Assembly: GCA_951406725.2 (NCBI GenBank)
Contig: OX597819.1
Coordinates: forward strand, 32,798,001-32,862,000
DNA: 64,000 nt
Direction of reading: 5' to 3'
Source of the DNA: Octopus vulgaris
Lineage: Eukaryota
The notes beneath the pieces were generated by a model. It saw only the letters and a program-made list of their open reading frames with translations, made no database searches and was not told the origin of the DNA. Below, in pieces: positions 40,185 through 53,764 of the stretch (its first letter is position 1; the number at the start of each line of letters is the position of its first letter). Position numbers and translations under genes: made by a program.

Positions 40185-41450
40185 TATATATATATATATA
40201 CACGTTTGTGTGTGTGTGTGTGTGTACGTGTATGCGTGTGTGTGTCGCGCATCTGTATGTATGTATGATCTTTGCTACAGTGCATAACCTTTGCTCCTTG
40301 TCTCATACAACAATGCTTGGCGTGTGATGCTTATAACAGCTTTTATTGGAATGTCCCACCAGTATACTATCTTTTCAAAGTGTGGATTCTTTCTATCAGA
40401 CATTAAGAAACAATCTCCTGTTCATGGCTAGCAACAATCTTGTTTTCTGGTTGAGATGTAATGTATTTATCCCATGTGCAGAAGAGGCTAATATTCTTGC
40501 TAATGTTGTCATCTTCAAGCTTGTAGGTTATGTATAAATACGTAATTTTCTGCTGGTATGATGAGGACTTCACCTGCAAGTCTTTGTTTAAGTAGATCAT
40601 CCCAGACGCTCTGGTTCACATAGAACAGCAGTACACTCAAGGTACTTGCTCAGTTCTTCACCAAATCTCAAGAGTTTACTCCTTTGCTGCTGAGTATATA
40701 TCTGATGTGCCCGTTTTTGTCTTTACTTTTCAGTATGGACTGATACTTTACGTCCATCCGTCCGTCCGTCTAAAGTAACCCGATCAGTATTAATGTTGAC
40801 GTTGGAATTACCAGCTGCTTGTTAGTACCTTCCTAGTTCTGAAATCCCAAATAAGGATCTTTTCAAGGGCCCAGTCTAGTATCTCAAATGTTGATACAGG
40901 TACTGGCACTACGAATGCAATATAAGATATAATCTTAATAATACTAAAACTCTAGAGATGTTTGTGAGAACACGAAAGATCTCAAATATTTTATCTTAAT
41001 TGTTTTTGCTTGTTTATTTTCATACTTACCTTCGGCTGTGCAGAACAAATTTTTGTGATATCTGGATCTCTATGTATTAATAAAAACGATTATACACAAT
41101 TTTTGTTTGTTATTTCTTGACGAAAAGAAAAAAGCAGCATGGCTCTATGACGTCAACACACGTACACAGATACGGAATACACACGCATATAATGAATGTC
41201 ATGGCTTGTCGGTCAACACAAACACACGTCCGCTATCTGTGACATATACACACGCTTAGACTTCGAGCTCTCTAAGAAAAATAAGAAAAAACGTCGACTT
41301 TTTAACATACACAATATTTTAATCATTTAGAAATATCTTAAGTGAATGTGATTTCAAATATCTAAGTTGTTTGTACAGTAAGTATTTATATTTTAGCTTT
41401 CTTTATACAGACAACATTTTAATGCTTTTTTTAATTGTTTTCAAGTGAAT

Positions 41451-41561
41451 GGCGATCATTCGCTTGTCATCCGGAGTTCGTTAATTTCCGTAATTTTTTT
41501 ATTTAGTTACTTTTGTTTTAAAGTGAGAGAAGACAAAGTGAAAGATGTTTGTACGTGTGCA

Positions 41562-41597
<36 letters not shown>

Positions 41598-41831
41598 GGG
41601 GGGAGAGAGGGAGTGAGTGAACGTGTGTGTTCTCATGTACGTGTACGTGGCACTCCCCCTCACATACACGCACACACACGTCCATTTCATATACACGTTC
41701 ATACATCTTTCTCTTTATCCTCTCTTTCACTTTAAAACAAAAGTAAATAAATTTTTAAAATGTTGCGGAAATTAACAAACAAAACCAGCTGATCTGGATG
41801 ATAATTCTGTGAGTCAAAGCGAAAGATCGCC
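41451..41831. mobile_element. MITE/foldback with ~100-bp imperfect TIRs
   Basis: GGCGATCATTCGCTT vs AAGCGAAAGATCGCC; TACTTTTGTTTTAAAGTGA vs TCACTTTAAAACAAAAGTA. Confidence 0.75.
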
Positions 41832-41887
41832 CCTAGGGAATACCATTACAAAAATCTTTTCGAGTGCATTCAATGTATCTCAGCTCC

Positions 41888-42006
41888 AAAGATTTGGCTG
41901 CTATTTCTAGCACACCTTGCTACCGCCTAACAGCTATTTGCTATAATGGACCCGAAATACTTGTTACGTGGTAGCAGGGCGTGCAAGAAATAGCAGCCAA
42001 ATCTTT
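41888..42006. repeat. 37-bp inverted repeat with 45-bp spacer
   Basis: AAAGATTTGGCTGCTATTTCTAGCACACCTTGCTACC vs GGTAGCAGGGCGTGCAAGAAATAGCAGCCAAATCTTT. Confidence 0.85.
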
Positions 42007-43213
42007 CCTTTTCTGGGGAAAGGAGCCGCTAACGCGTGGTTTCGATGTCACATTCGTTGAAAGCATGCAAAATAACCTGGAAAAGAAAAAAAAAACATGA
42101 AACAAAACTCCATGGGTGGGAAACTCAGACTTTCTAGATGATCCAACAGGTCACGAGGAGTCTAGTTTTTTTTTTTTTTATCAAATACACACACGTCTCA
42201 CTTCCGTATCTTCTGAAGTCTACTGAAGTTTTCCTTTGTCACTCTCGATTACTAAGCGTTCACCCAGTAGTTTTCGGTGGTATTGATTCGCTTATTTAAG
42301 GACAACTTAAATTATTAAAAGCTACTCAGCAGAGCTCTGGACTACTTTCTCATTTCTTGCTAGCTCATCACTCAACATATTGTGTTTCGCTGTGATCCTG
42401 GAGGAATGCATTCAAGCAACCAGCGAATATTTTCACAACACATTCAAGCACGTTATTAACCTGTAGGTTTTTGCCCACAAACGTCTTTTCTTATTTAGCT
42501 ACTAGTGTTGTACTTGTAGCTGTCAGCTAATCTGGTACATTGAGCTCGACGTTTTTTATATTTCGTTTTTAGCAGACTCTGTTTTGTCTATCTTGCACCA
42601 TCTGTGACCGATAACAAACTATCATGAATCTCTCAAGGGATTTTCCTTTCGTTGCTTTTGCAACAACAGTTAAAAGACTTTCACTGTTAATATAAGTTTT
42701 GCACAGTATTCCGTTTGTACTTACTCTGTAGCTCATCTTACCATATTGCATCATCATTGTGTTATTTGTTTACATTCCAGATCCTTCTATTAAATGATTC
42801 TTAATCATCCTGGGGAGTAGCTTATACGATCTTGATGAAATGACTACTGCGATAATCTTGTGGGTTTAGTGTAAACTTGTGAATAACACCTTTACATTCT
42901 ACTAATTTTTTTTATGACATGGAATGTTTTCCCTTACTGCTCCCACGTCTTGTTTAAGGCCAGTGAGCTTGTCCATTAGTGCAAGTTGCTTACAGTCCTT
43001 ACACACTTCAGATAATCTATTATAATGTCGCAACTGGAGGTTCCTGAATATTTTATTCTTAACACCTAATGATATTATCTTATAGTCCGATATTTTTCTG
43101 AGGTTGTCGATATTTGTCTGGAGAGAGGTCGCACAATTTGGTTGTTTCTTCTCATCACTATAGATCTCTGTCGTTCCCAAACTATTGAATAAATGTAACT
43201 ATAGCTCATTAAA

Positions 43214-43415
43214 ACTCTTTTACTTGCTTCAGTCATTTGACTGCGGCCATGCTGGAACACCGCCTTAAGTCGAGCAAATCGACCCCAGGACTTATTCTTC
43301 GTAAGCCTAGTACTTATTCTATCAGTCCCTTTTCCTGACCCACTAGGTTACGGGAGCGTAAACACACCAGCATCGGTTGTCAAGCGATGTTGGGGGGACG
43401 AACACAGACACACAA

Positions 43416-43446
<31 letters not shown>

Positions 43447-43629
43447 CATATATATACATATACATATATACGACGGGCGTCTGTTTCCTTCTACCAATCC
43501 ACTCACAAGGCTTTGGTCGGTCCGAGGCTATAGTAGAAGACACTTACCCAAGGTACCATCCATACATACAGTGGGACTGAACCCGGAACCATGTGGTTGG
43601 TAAGCAAGCTACTTACCACACAGCCACTC
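43214..43629 (-). mobile_element. SINE family A
   Basis: Reverse complement of 11-420. Confidence 0.9.
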
Positions 43630-44369
43630 GTAGAACATTTAGTGTTTGAAAGGCTGAAATTTTCGACTTTTGCTTGTTGTATCTTAGCTTTTTCGTCTAT
43701 CAAAGATAACATCAGATCGGTCAGTTTTCCTTCTATTCGTGTGGTGACTATTCTCTCGTAATTGTTGCTAACGAATCTTTGTTTGGATTCTGTGGTTGAC
43801 TGTGCTTGTTTCAATTCTTCATTAGTAAATACTCTTTGTTTACTGCTGTTCGTTTAAAGGGAGCATGTTCATCGCGTTGCTTAAGGTCTTTCAGGAGTTG
43901 TGCGTTTCAAGTCTTTCAGGGGAAGAATTCACTGCTGGTCTAACTTTACTCTAACGTTCGATTTTGATGGTCGTTAGGAATATTAACAATTTTTTTTTCT
44001 CGACGAAAGGTGATTTTTGCCAAATGCAAATAGTTGCGCTATTTACGGTCCCAGTCACCTTTCATCCTTTTCGTATAGGCTGTTCATATGTATTTTCTTT
44101 TCTGGTTTTAATTATTTGAAGGCTCCCTGCAAAGAAGGAGCAAATTTCTGACAAAGATTCAAAGTTACATAGTTGGAATAAAAAATGAATAAATAAATAT
44201 AAAAATAACATATGTTACATTTTGAACTTAGGAAATGTTTTCCATATTTTTATTGTTGCGCTTACAAATTGTATTTGTAACATGCGTGTTTGCTGCTTGA
44301 TGTCTTTATCTGAAAATTCAACCTTTTTCTGCATTCTCACTTTTGGCATGTATTCACAACCCGAAGTGC

Positions 44370-44532
44370 ACTGTATGCATGTACATGTGTATGTGTGTAT
44401 GTATGTATGTATCTATGTATGTATGTATCTATGTATGTATATATGTATATATGTATGTATGCATGTGTATATGTATGCATGTATGTATGTATAAATGTAT
44501 GCATGTATGTGTTTATGAATGTATGTATGCAG

Positions 44533-44592
<60 letters not shown>

Positions 44593-44890
44593 GTATATAT
44601 GCATATATGTGTGTGTCTATTATGCGTGCATGTATGTATGCAGGCTTGTATGTATGTATATATGTATGTATTTACGTACGTATGTATAAATGTATGCGTG
44701 TATGTGTTTATGAATGTATACATGTATACAGCTATACATGTATATATGCATGCATATATGTATGCATACATGCTTGTATGTATATATATACACGCTTGTA
44801 TGTATGTATGTATGTATGTATGTATTATGTATGTATGTATTATGTATGTATGTAAGTGTGTGTGTGTATGCATACATACATATATTTACG
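44370..44890. repeat. Degenerate (TATG)n/(TA)n microsatellite
   Basis: Read directly. Confidence 0.92.
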
Positions 44891-45289
44891 TATATAGTCG
44901 AGTGACTCATCTCAGCTAAAATAGCGTTTCTCATTTATGAATGCCAATAAGATTAAAGAGAAAAAAGCATCGCCGCGAGAATGTGGAGACTAAATATGGT
45001 ATACCGCCTGGCTATTAGAAACGACCGCTGCTCCCTGTTTATTTCTTTTCTTTTTTTTTGCTTTTGTTCTTGCTTTTTACTCCTTCCTTTTATTTCATTC
45101 ATCGCTTTCTCCTTCCTTCCTTCACCTTTTATTTTTTATTCATTTTTTCTTTCCCCAAACTCGGTTTTTCTTCTTCGTTTCATTCCTCGTTATTTCTGTC
45201 CCTCTATCCCTCTCTCTTTCTATGTTCATCAGGCTCCGTTTATCTCTTAGTTCCTTTTCCTTTCCCCTTACTCTCTCTCTCTTTCTTTC

Positions 45290-45760
<471 letters not shown>

Positions 45761-45809
45761 AAATTACTCTGCTATCACAGGGAATAGCAAAATCTATGAT
45801 CTTACACTA

Positions 45810-46045
45810 TTTGGTCCTCTATGATCGTATCCGGCCTTCTTACTTCGATAATATGGTGAGTCTTTATGGGCAAATCCGGCAAAATCTTGTAATTCTCATT
45901 TTCTGTCGCAGCCTCTGGTTCGTGTTCGTACCACTTTTCCGTTGTTTTGGTATAACTCACTCGGCTAATATCCCAGTGCAGTCTTATTTTCCTACACAGT
46001 CATGTCAGCGCGTATACTCCTTTTATGCTAGTTTACTCAAAAGGT
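45810..46045 (-). mobile_element. R4/Dong-clade endonuclease fragment
   Basis: SKLA*KEYTR*HD..LHWDI..EKWYEHEPE..ENENYKIL..IIEVRRPD. Confidence 0.75.
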
Positions 46046-46149
46046 GTTGATACTTTCGTCGGTGATTAATACCTTCGTGATTAATACTTACTTCTGTTTT
46101 ATTTCCATTTCTTGCCAAGTGTCTACCCGACACCTAGGATAGACAAACT

Positions 46150-47622
46150 CACTGTATACATAGATACAGAACTCAGAGCTGGGAACAGTGCATAAGTGTT
46201 GGAAAGCAGCACCATTTTTTGTCCATGGCCTTCACAAAATTCTTCAATAAACCAAGCTTGATATGAAAAGGAGGGAGAAGCACCTTATTCATGTCTACCA
46301 GAGGATTTTCTTGGACATTGTGTTCACCATGCACGAAAGTGTTCCTAGATCTCCAGTCCTTCTGCTTGTAGTGCTTGGGCACAGCCCGACTATCTCAGAG
46401 ACAGAGAAAGCAACAGTACTTTGTGAAGCCCATTCGCATGCCCTTGAGGTACCTGCAGAGACTCCACTGGTGCTGTTTGTACTTGACAGCTTCAAAAGGA
46501 GCTCCATATTATCACATGAGTCTTTCAGATGGACTGAGTAGGCAATGAGAATGATGGGGTATTTATTCCCATTGTGCAGGAGCATAGCCTTCAGACTTCG
46601 CTTGGAAGAATCTATGAAAAGACGTCAGTCTGAGAGATTGTGTGGAAAACCAAGGAAGGTGAACAAGCCAGAGACGTGTGCAGTAGCACAACCAGTTTTC
46701 CATGTCGAAGAATGAAGCAGAATCCTGGTTCCGTGTCCTGAAACTAGTGATCCTTGCATTTGCCTTGACCAGGTTCCACTGTTTTAGCCGAGATGCTAGG
46801 AATTTGACTGCTGCTTAGATAGATAGAAACCATGGGCAAGGTCATTCAAATCTTCTTGCATGATCCAGTGGGGCTCATTGCCGCTTGCTCTTGAATAAGC
46901 AGAGACATTGTCTTAAGAAGAGATCAACTTGACAGAATCTTCCCCTGAAGGCATTTCTTCATCTGATGAAGGAAGAAGATCCTTATTTACTGGGGTCTAA
47001 GGACAGTGAGATCATCTTAATGGGGAATAGGTCTCATAGCTGAGGGAAGGTTGGGATATTTGATCTTTTTCTAGAAGAAGCATTGTAACCTGTTATACTT
47101 TTTATACAAAAATTATCATCTTCATGACTTCGTGACTCTCTCCAGCCCATCGGTACAGCACACTTGACGGCTGCTTTCTTGCCGTTAAACCATGCAGTTA
47201 GTCCATTAAAGCAGGGTTTACAACAGCTGTGTGGGGCCCAGGATTTGTCCTGATCTCCAATTTTACAGTCAAAATAATTACAGTAAGCAGTTCTCATGAG
47301 GGAAGTAATTATTCGACGCTGTGCAAGTGTCGTGAAATCACCCCACACGTAGCAGAACGAATTTGCCTTGTTGATGCATCCTCGATGTTTTGAAGTACCT
47401 GAAGCCATTGTAGAGATATTCATCATATGTATCCCGAAAATCTGAAAAACAAAATAAAAATTGATCATATATATGATTACGCGAATTGTCGCAAAAACTT
47501 AGTAATGTATATCCCAAAAACTAGAGGTGATGAGTGAAAACTGGGTTTGTATCTGAAATCAGCACCTCCAAATTAGGCCACAGCAATTTTTATGCTTGCC
47601 TCAATTTCTCTGTAAACCAGTG
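46150..47622 (-). mobile_element. Decayed Chapaev3-like (CMC) DNA transposon, N-terminal half of transposase
   Basis: CINKANSFCYV..YFDCKIGDQDKSWAPHSCC..VPMGWRE; RLFIDSSKRSLKAMLLHNGNKYP; LLPPFHIKLGLLKNFVKAMDK; CACTG termini. Superfamily name is from recall. Confidence 0.75.
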
Positions 47623-48044
47623 TAATTATTATTATCATTAATATAACTGTGATAATAAGTGATGATGATGCTGATGATGATGATGATGATGATGATGACA
47701 GTAAGAGATGGGGAGAGAAAAAGAGGAAAAATGAACGAGAAAAAGGAAGAGGTAATATAAGAAATAACATTACAATATCAATGATTAGATTCAAAATTAG
47801 ACATGTTTCAATTATAATGTATGAATACATTGATTATATCAATGTAGGGATCGTGCGATAATGATCTTAGTAATGCTAGCTTTATCATTTTTAGGATAAT
47901 TTTAATTACTTACATAGACACAGGAGTACTATGTTTAGAGTGGAAGGAAAGAAGCTAAATATCACAAAGGAATTTATCTGGTGCTCTGCCGATTCTCCCA
48001 ATGTCACTTTGATGCAAGCATTTAGGACATGTGTATAAAATTAG

Positions 48045-48102
<58 letters not shown>

Positions 48103-48196
48103 CCTCCGTGTCATAAGAGTTAATGTTTTATTTCTCCACAGATAAAATATTAAAGGTATGCACATACACACACACATATCGTATATATATATATAT

Positions 48197-48236
<40 letters not shown>

Positions 48237-48349
48237 CATACACTAAGACACACACATATACATACATGTATATGTGTGTATGTATGTGCATGCGCGTGCG
48301 TACGTGTGTTTATTCATTTTTAGTATAACTTACCCCTTTGAGAAACGTC

Positions 48350-48643
48350 GCCCTTTTCAAGCCTAGCCAGACTCATGGGCCCGGTTTCTGTGGCGTATGT
48401 GTTCCCCTCAGCTGGACGGGACGCTAGTCCATCGCAGTGTTACTCAAGAAATAGGAAGAGAGAGTGAGAGGAAGTTGTGGCGAAAGAGTACAACAGGGAT
48501 CGCCCCCCCCCCCCTGCCGAAACTTCGTGGAGCTTTTTAGGTGTTTTCGCTCAATAAACACACACAACGCCCGGTCTGGGAATCGAAACCGCGATTCTCC
48601 GACCGTGAGTCCGCTGCCCTAACCACTGGGCCATTGCGCCTCC
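48350..48643 (-). mobile_element. SINE family B, tail type 3
   Basis: B head; tail CTGCGATGGACTAGCGTCCCGTCCAG shared with 58153-58452. Confidence 0.88.
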
Positions 48644-49007
48644 TCATTGACTAAGCAAGGTCATACATATTTAGACGTGGATGTGCAGTAGTTACCAAGG
48701 GAAGTAAGTAAATAGCCACAAATGATTTTGTCCATCGCCCTTCTGACTTTTCTAAACGTCGCTTTTACATGTGCATATTACAACAGCATATAAGGAACGT
48801 GATTACGTAGTGATATAACTTAAAAGATGGTTGAGTTATAGAGTAGGGATTAGTTTTAAATTACACGGTAAAATTTTAAATAACACGATAATGTTTTAAT
48901 CCTTTGATTCCGCGAATTCGTTTTGAGGGCTATGGTTTCGTACAGCTGCAAGTAACTCCCTCCTGGAAGACGCAAAAACAGGTGGCCACATTTGTTTTGT
49001 GTTTACA

Positions 49008-49232
49008 CTCTCTTTTACTCTTTTACTCTTTTACTTGTTTCAGTCATTTGACTGCGGCCATGCTGGAGCACCGCCTTTAGTCGAGCAAATCGACCCCGGG
49101 ACTTATTCTTTGTAAGCCCAGTACTTATTCTATCGGTCTCTTTTGCCGAACCTCTAAGTGACGGGGACGTAAACACACCAGCATCGGTTGTCAAGCAATG
49201 CTAGGGAGACAAACACAGATACACAAACATAT

Positions 49233-49265
<33 letters not shown>

Positions 49266-49436
49266 CATATATACGACAGGTTTCTTTCAGTTTCCGTCTA
49301 CCAAATCCACTCACAAGGCATTGGTTGGCCCGGGGCTATAGCAGAAGACACTTGCCCAAGATGCCATGCAGTGGGACTGAACCCGGAACCATGTGGTTGG
49401 TTAGCAAGCTACTTACCACACAACCACTCCTGCGCC
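49008..49436 (-). mobile_element. SINE family A (full length, young)
   Basis: Nearly identical to 18907-19325; (AAAAGAGT)n tail. Confidence 0.93.
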
Positions 49437-50025
49437 TTTACTAATTGACAGAAATATCGTTGTTTTCAGCTGTAAACCCCAAACTACGTTGTTACCCGCT
49501 TACGCGTTGTCCGGGGAGTATAAAGAAACGGAATCACGCTTGCTAAAGCATACTCTAAGGTTTCAAAGTGTTAAAACATACGCTAAAGTTGTTAGTCCTA
49601 TTTTATGAAATTTACTGGCAAGCTGTCATATTGAAGTTATGAATTCTTAATGATGCATCTATGTTTTGGCATGTTGTAGTTACGTGATAACGCTATTGCA
49701 GTGAGGTTAGCGTTAAGATTACAGACCTTATATATTGATTGAATCAAGGCTCTGTGTACTGACTAACAGCTCTACTATACATTTAAGACACTCTATACTG
49801 ATTGATAGACAGAATGATATATGTAGCATATTCTGTATAGACTGACTATTAGTATGATAGGTTTAAATTAGAGATTCTCTAACGGCTGAATGACGTTATG
49901 ATAGACATAAGTTCCACGGTAATGACTGAAGACTGATATAATAGAAGTAAATAAAGTATTCTGTACTGATTGAAGGCTAATACGACAGATAATGTACACT
50001 CTAATGCCTGAAGGGTAATCTAATA

Positions 50026-50271
50026 TTCTTTTATTCTTTTTTCTTTTACTTGTTTCAGTCATTTGACTGCGGCCATGCTGGAGCACCGCCTTTAGTCGAG
50101 CAAATCGACACCGGGACTTATTCTTTGTAAGCCCAGTACTTATTCTATCGGTCTCTTTTGCCGAACCGCTAAGTGACGGGGACGTAAACACACCAGCATC
50201 GGTTGTCAAGCAATGCTAGGGAGACAAACACAGACATACAAATACACACACACACACACACACACAAACAA

Positions 50272-50347
<76 letters not shown>

Positions 50348-50462
50348 GACAGGCTTCTTTCAGTTTCCGTCTACCAAATCCACTCACAAGGCATTGGTCG
50401 GCCCGGGGCTATAGCAGAAGACACTTGCCCAAGATGCCACGCAGTGGGACTGAACCCGGAAC
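50026..50462 (-). mobile_element. SINE family A (5' truncated)
   Basis: Nearly identical to 49008-49390. Confidence 0.92.
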
Positions 50463-50778
50463 ATCGAATTACGGAGTGTGTGGTTGTGACTTTATCTTCT
50501 CACCCAATTGTACATCTAAGTACAATTGGATGAGAAGATAAAATCACAATTGATGCAGTTGTACTCCTTCGCGTTCTGTTGTCCCTGCTCTTAGTCTAGG
50601 TTTTCAAATCACGCCGATTGACGAAAACTGCTGGTTTGTTTGGATCCTCATAACTTAATGGTTCGACAATAGACACCGATAGAACAAGTACTGGTGTTGA
50701 TTTTTTTCGACTAAAGCCCTTCAAAGTGATACCCAAGTCCAATGTCTAAAACAGGTAAAAGCTTATATATATATATGT

Positions 50779-51195
50779 GTGTGGTAAGTAGCTTGCTTAC
50801 CAACCACATGGTTTCGGGTTCAGTCCCACTGCGTGGCACCTTGGGCAAGTGTCTTCTACTATAGCCTCGGGCCAACCAAACCCTTGTGAGTGGATTTGGT
50901 AGACGGAAACTGAAAGAAGCCCGTCGTATATATGTATATATATGTATATATATATATGTATGTGTGTGTGTATGTTTGTGTGTCTGTGTTTGTCCCCCCC
51001 TAACATCACTTGACAACCGATGCTGGTGTGTTTACGTCCCCGTAACCTTGCGGTTCGGCAAAAGAGACCGATAGAATAAGTACTAAGCTTACAAAGAGTA
51101 AGTCCTGAGGTCGATTTGCTCGACTAAAGGCGGTGCTCCAGCATGGCCACAGTCACATGACTGAAACAAGTAAAATAGTAAAAGAGTAAAAAGAG
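50779..51195 (+). mobile_element. SINE family A, preceded by an old 3' fragment at ~50630-50760
   Basis: Aligns to 26-420. Confidence 0.92.
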
Positions 51196-51211
51196 TATAT
51201 AAATTTATCTA

Positions 51212-51302
<91 letters not shown>

Positions 51303-51879
51303 GTTAGCTGTTTCGTACTGCTGAACACTAAGGTTTGGTTTCTAAGAGTGAATCGTTCTATAAGCATTTCTATATTTCTCCACCAATCGTAACTACATCT
51401 GCAAGAACAGGAAGTAAAGTGAAGCTTATAGTTAACTGATAAAATGAACGAAGACTGGGTGCTAACGTATTAAATTCATTAATCCGGCACATGTAATGCA
51501 AACCTTTAGATATTTCTATACATGATATGACAACAACTTGTTTTAATGTTTCTTTCTATATTTGATTTGTTGCATTTAAAAACAAAGTATGAACAAATAA
51601 CATCACGATTCTGCGAGAACTGAATCGTTAATATTTTCAGTGCGTATACAGTACTCACTTAGAACACCCAGAACATACGACTGTACAATAAATTTTACTA
51701 TTCGAACCAATAGAAGTAAAATCTACACTAACGTAATAAGTAGAGTAAGACGGATTTTATTAATCAAAAATTAGTTTTTAAATCCACCCATAATAAGCAT
51801 GGGCGGCAACACGAAACTGAATTACCCTGACTACAGCAACAAACAAACAAAAGAAAACAATTTAACTTAAAAATAAGTA

Positions 51880-52289
51880 GGCGCAGGAGTGGCTGTGTGG
51901 TAAGTAGCTTGTTTACAAACCACAGGGTTCTTGGTTCAGTCCCACTGTGTGGCACCTTGGGCAAGTGTCTTCTACTATAGCCTCGGGCCGACCAAAGCCT
52001 TGTGAGTGGATTTGGTAGACGGAAACTGAAAGAAGCCCGTCGTATATATGTATATATATATATATGCGTGTGTGTGTTTGTGTGTCTGTGTTTGTCCCCC
52101 TAGCATTGCTTGACAACCGATGCTGGTGTGTTTATGTCCCCGTAAATTAGCGGTTCGGCAAAAAAGACCGATAGAATAAGTACTGGGCTTACAAAAGAAT
52201 AAGTCCCGAGGTCGAGTTGCTCGATTAAAGGCGGTGCTCCAGCATGGCCACAGTCAAATGACTGAAACAAGTAAAAGAGTAAAAGAGTA
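51880..52289 (+). mobile_element. SINE family A (full length)
   Basis: Closely matches 11-420. Confidence 0.93.
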
Positions 52290-52353
52290 ATATGATAAGT
52301 AAAAATATTGAGTTGACATTCAGTTAATCATAGTTAGATGGGTGCTAAATATA

Positions 52354-52586
52354 TATTTCTTTACTACCCACAAGGGGCTAAACACGGAGGGGACAAACAA
52401 GGACAGACAAACGGATTAAGTCGATTACATCGATCCCAGTGCGTAACTGGTACTTAATTTATCGACCCCGAAAGGATGAAAGGCAAAGTCGACCTCGGCG
52501 GAATTTGAACTCAGAACGTAGCAGCAGACGAAATACGGCTACGCATTTCGCCCGGCGTGCTAACGTTTCTGCCAGCTGGCCGCCTT
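52354..52586 (-). mobile_element. SINE family D (full length)
   Basis: 15-bp TSD TGGGTGCTAAATATA at 52339-52353 and 52591-52605. Confidence 0.92.
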
Positions 52587-52919
52587 TCAGTGGGTGCTAA
52601 ATATAGTTGAGTTAGTATTAATCATTGTCAAGATAATGTTAATAAAATTAGTGGATGGAACAATAAGTAAACAAATTTGGTAAACAAAATCATATTACTC
52701 AAAAACTAATATTATTTTGTTTATTTCAGAAGCATGGATGGCAACTCTGAGTAGGTTCTACTCTTATTAGATCTCGACAGCAAACTATAGGCTCCACCTT
52801 ACTTAAGGCTTTTTGCTGAAATAGCGATGGCTGGTGGAGAAATACAGTGTGTGTGTGTGCGTGTGTCTGTACGTGCATGTATGTGCGCGCGCGCGCGCAC
52901 GTGTGTGTGTGTGTGTTTG

Positions 52920-53160
52920 ACTTTCTGGTTTTAATGCTTCAGCTATTGAACTGCAGCCGTGCTTGGGCACCACCTTGAACGGTTTTAATCAACACATCGG
53001 ATCTTTTAAGTTTGGTACTTATATTACCGACCTTTATTGTCGAACCGCTAAGTCATGCGGACATAAGCAAACCAACACCTTTTACTAACTGGCACGTTGA
53101 AGAGCAAACACAAACATATGTTTGCCTCTACTAAATTCACTCATAAGCATTGCTCGGGCC
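52920..53160 (-). mobile_element. Old SINE family A fragment
   Basis: GGTACTTAT..CGAACCGCTAAGT motifs. Confidence 0.6.
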
Positions 53161-53186
53161 AGAGCATGTATATATATATATTTATA

Positions 53187-53247
<61 letters not shown>

Positions 53248-53383
53248 CTTCAGTGCGCATCAGAGCGCTTTAGCTCTTATTTCTAGCATAACCTCTTTTG
53301 GGAAGAAGTTATTTTCTAGAGTGTGAGAGCTTTCGTTTAACCTTTTCAAACGCACACACCTATATATATATATATATATATAT

Positions 53384-53764
53384 ACTCTTTTACTCTTTTA
53401 CTTGTTTCAGTCATTTGACTGCGGCCATGCTGGAGCACCGCCTTTAATCGAGCAATTCGATCCCGGGACTTATTCTGTTGTAAGCCTAGTACTTATTCTA
53501 TCGGTCTCTTTTGCCAAACCGCTAAGTAACGTGGACATAGACACACTAGCATCGGTTGTCAAGCAATGCTAGGGGGACAAACACAGACACACATACACTC
53601 ATATATATATACATATATACGACGGGCTTCTTTCAGTTTCCGTCTACCAAATCCACTCACAGGGCTTTGGTCGGCCCGAGGCTATAGTAGAAGACACTTG
53701 CCCAAGGTGCCACGCAGTGGAACTGAACCCGAACCATATGGTTGGTAAACAAGCTACTTACCAC
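53384..53764 (-). mobile_element. SINE family A
   Basis: Reverse complement of 27-420. Confidence 0.92.

Noticed and set aside
40270-40910. Possible RTE-like RT remnant (and a possible L2-like remnant at 28140-28540)
   Set aside because: Motifs too degraded to support a call without an alignment
41022-41031. ATACTTACCT resembling the U1 snRNA 5' end
   Set aside because: No further U1 similarity; it is the complement of a splice-donor consensus
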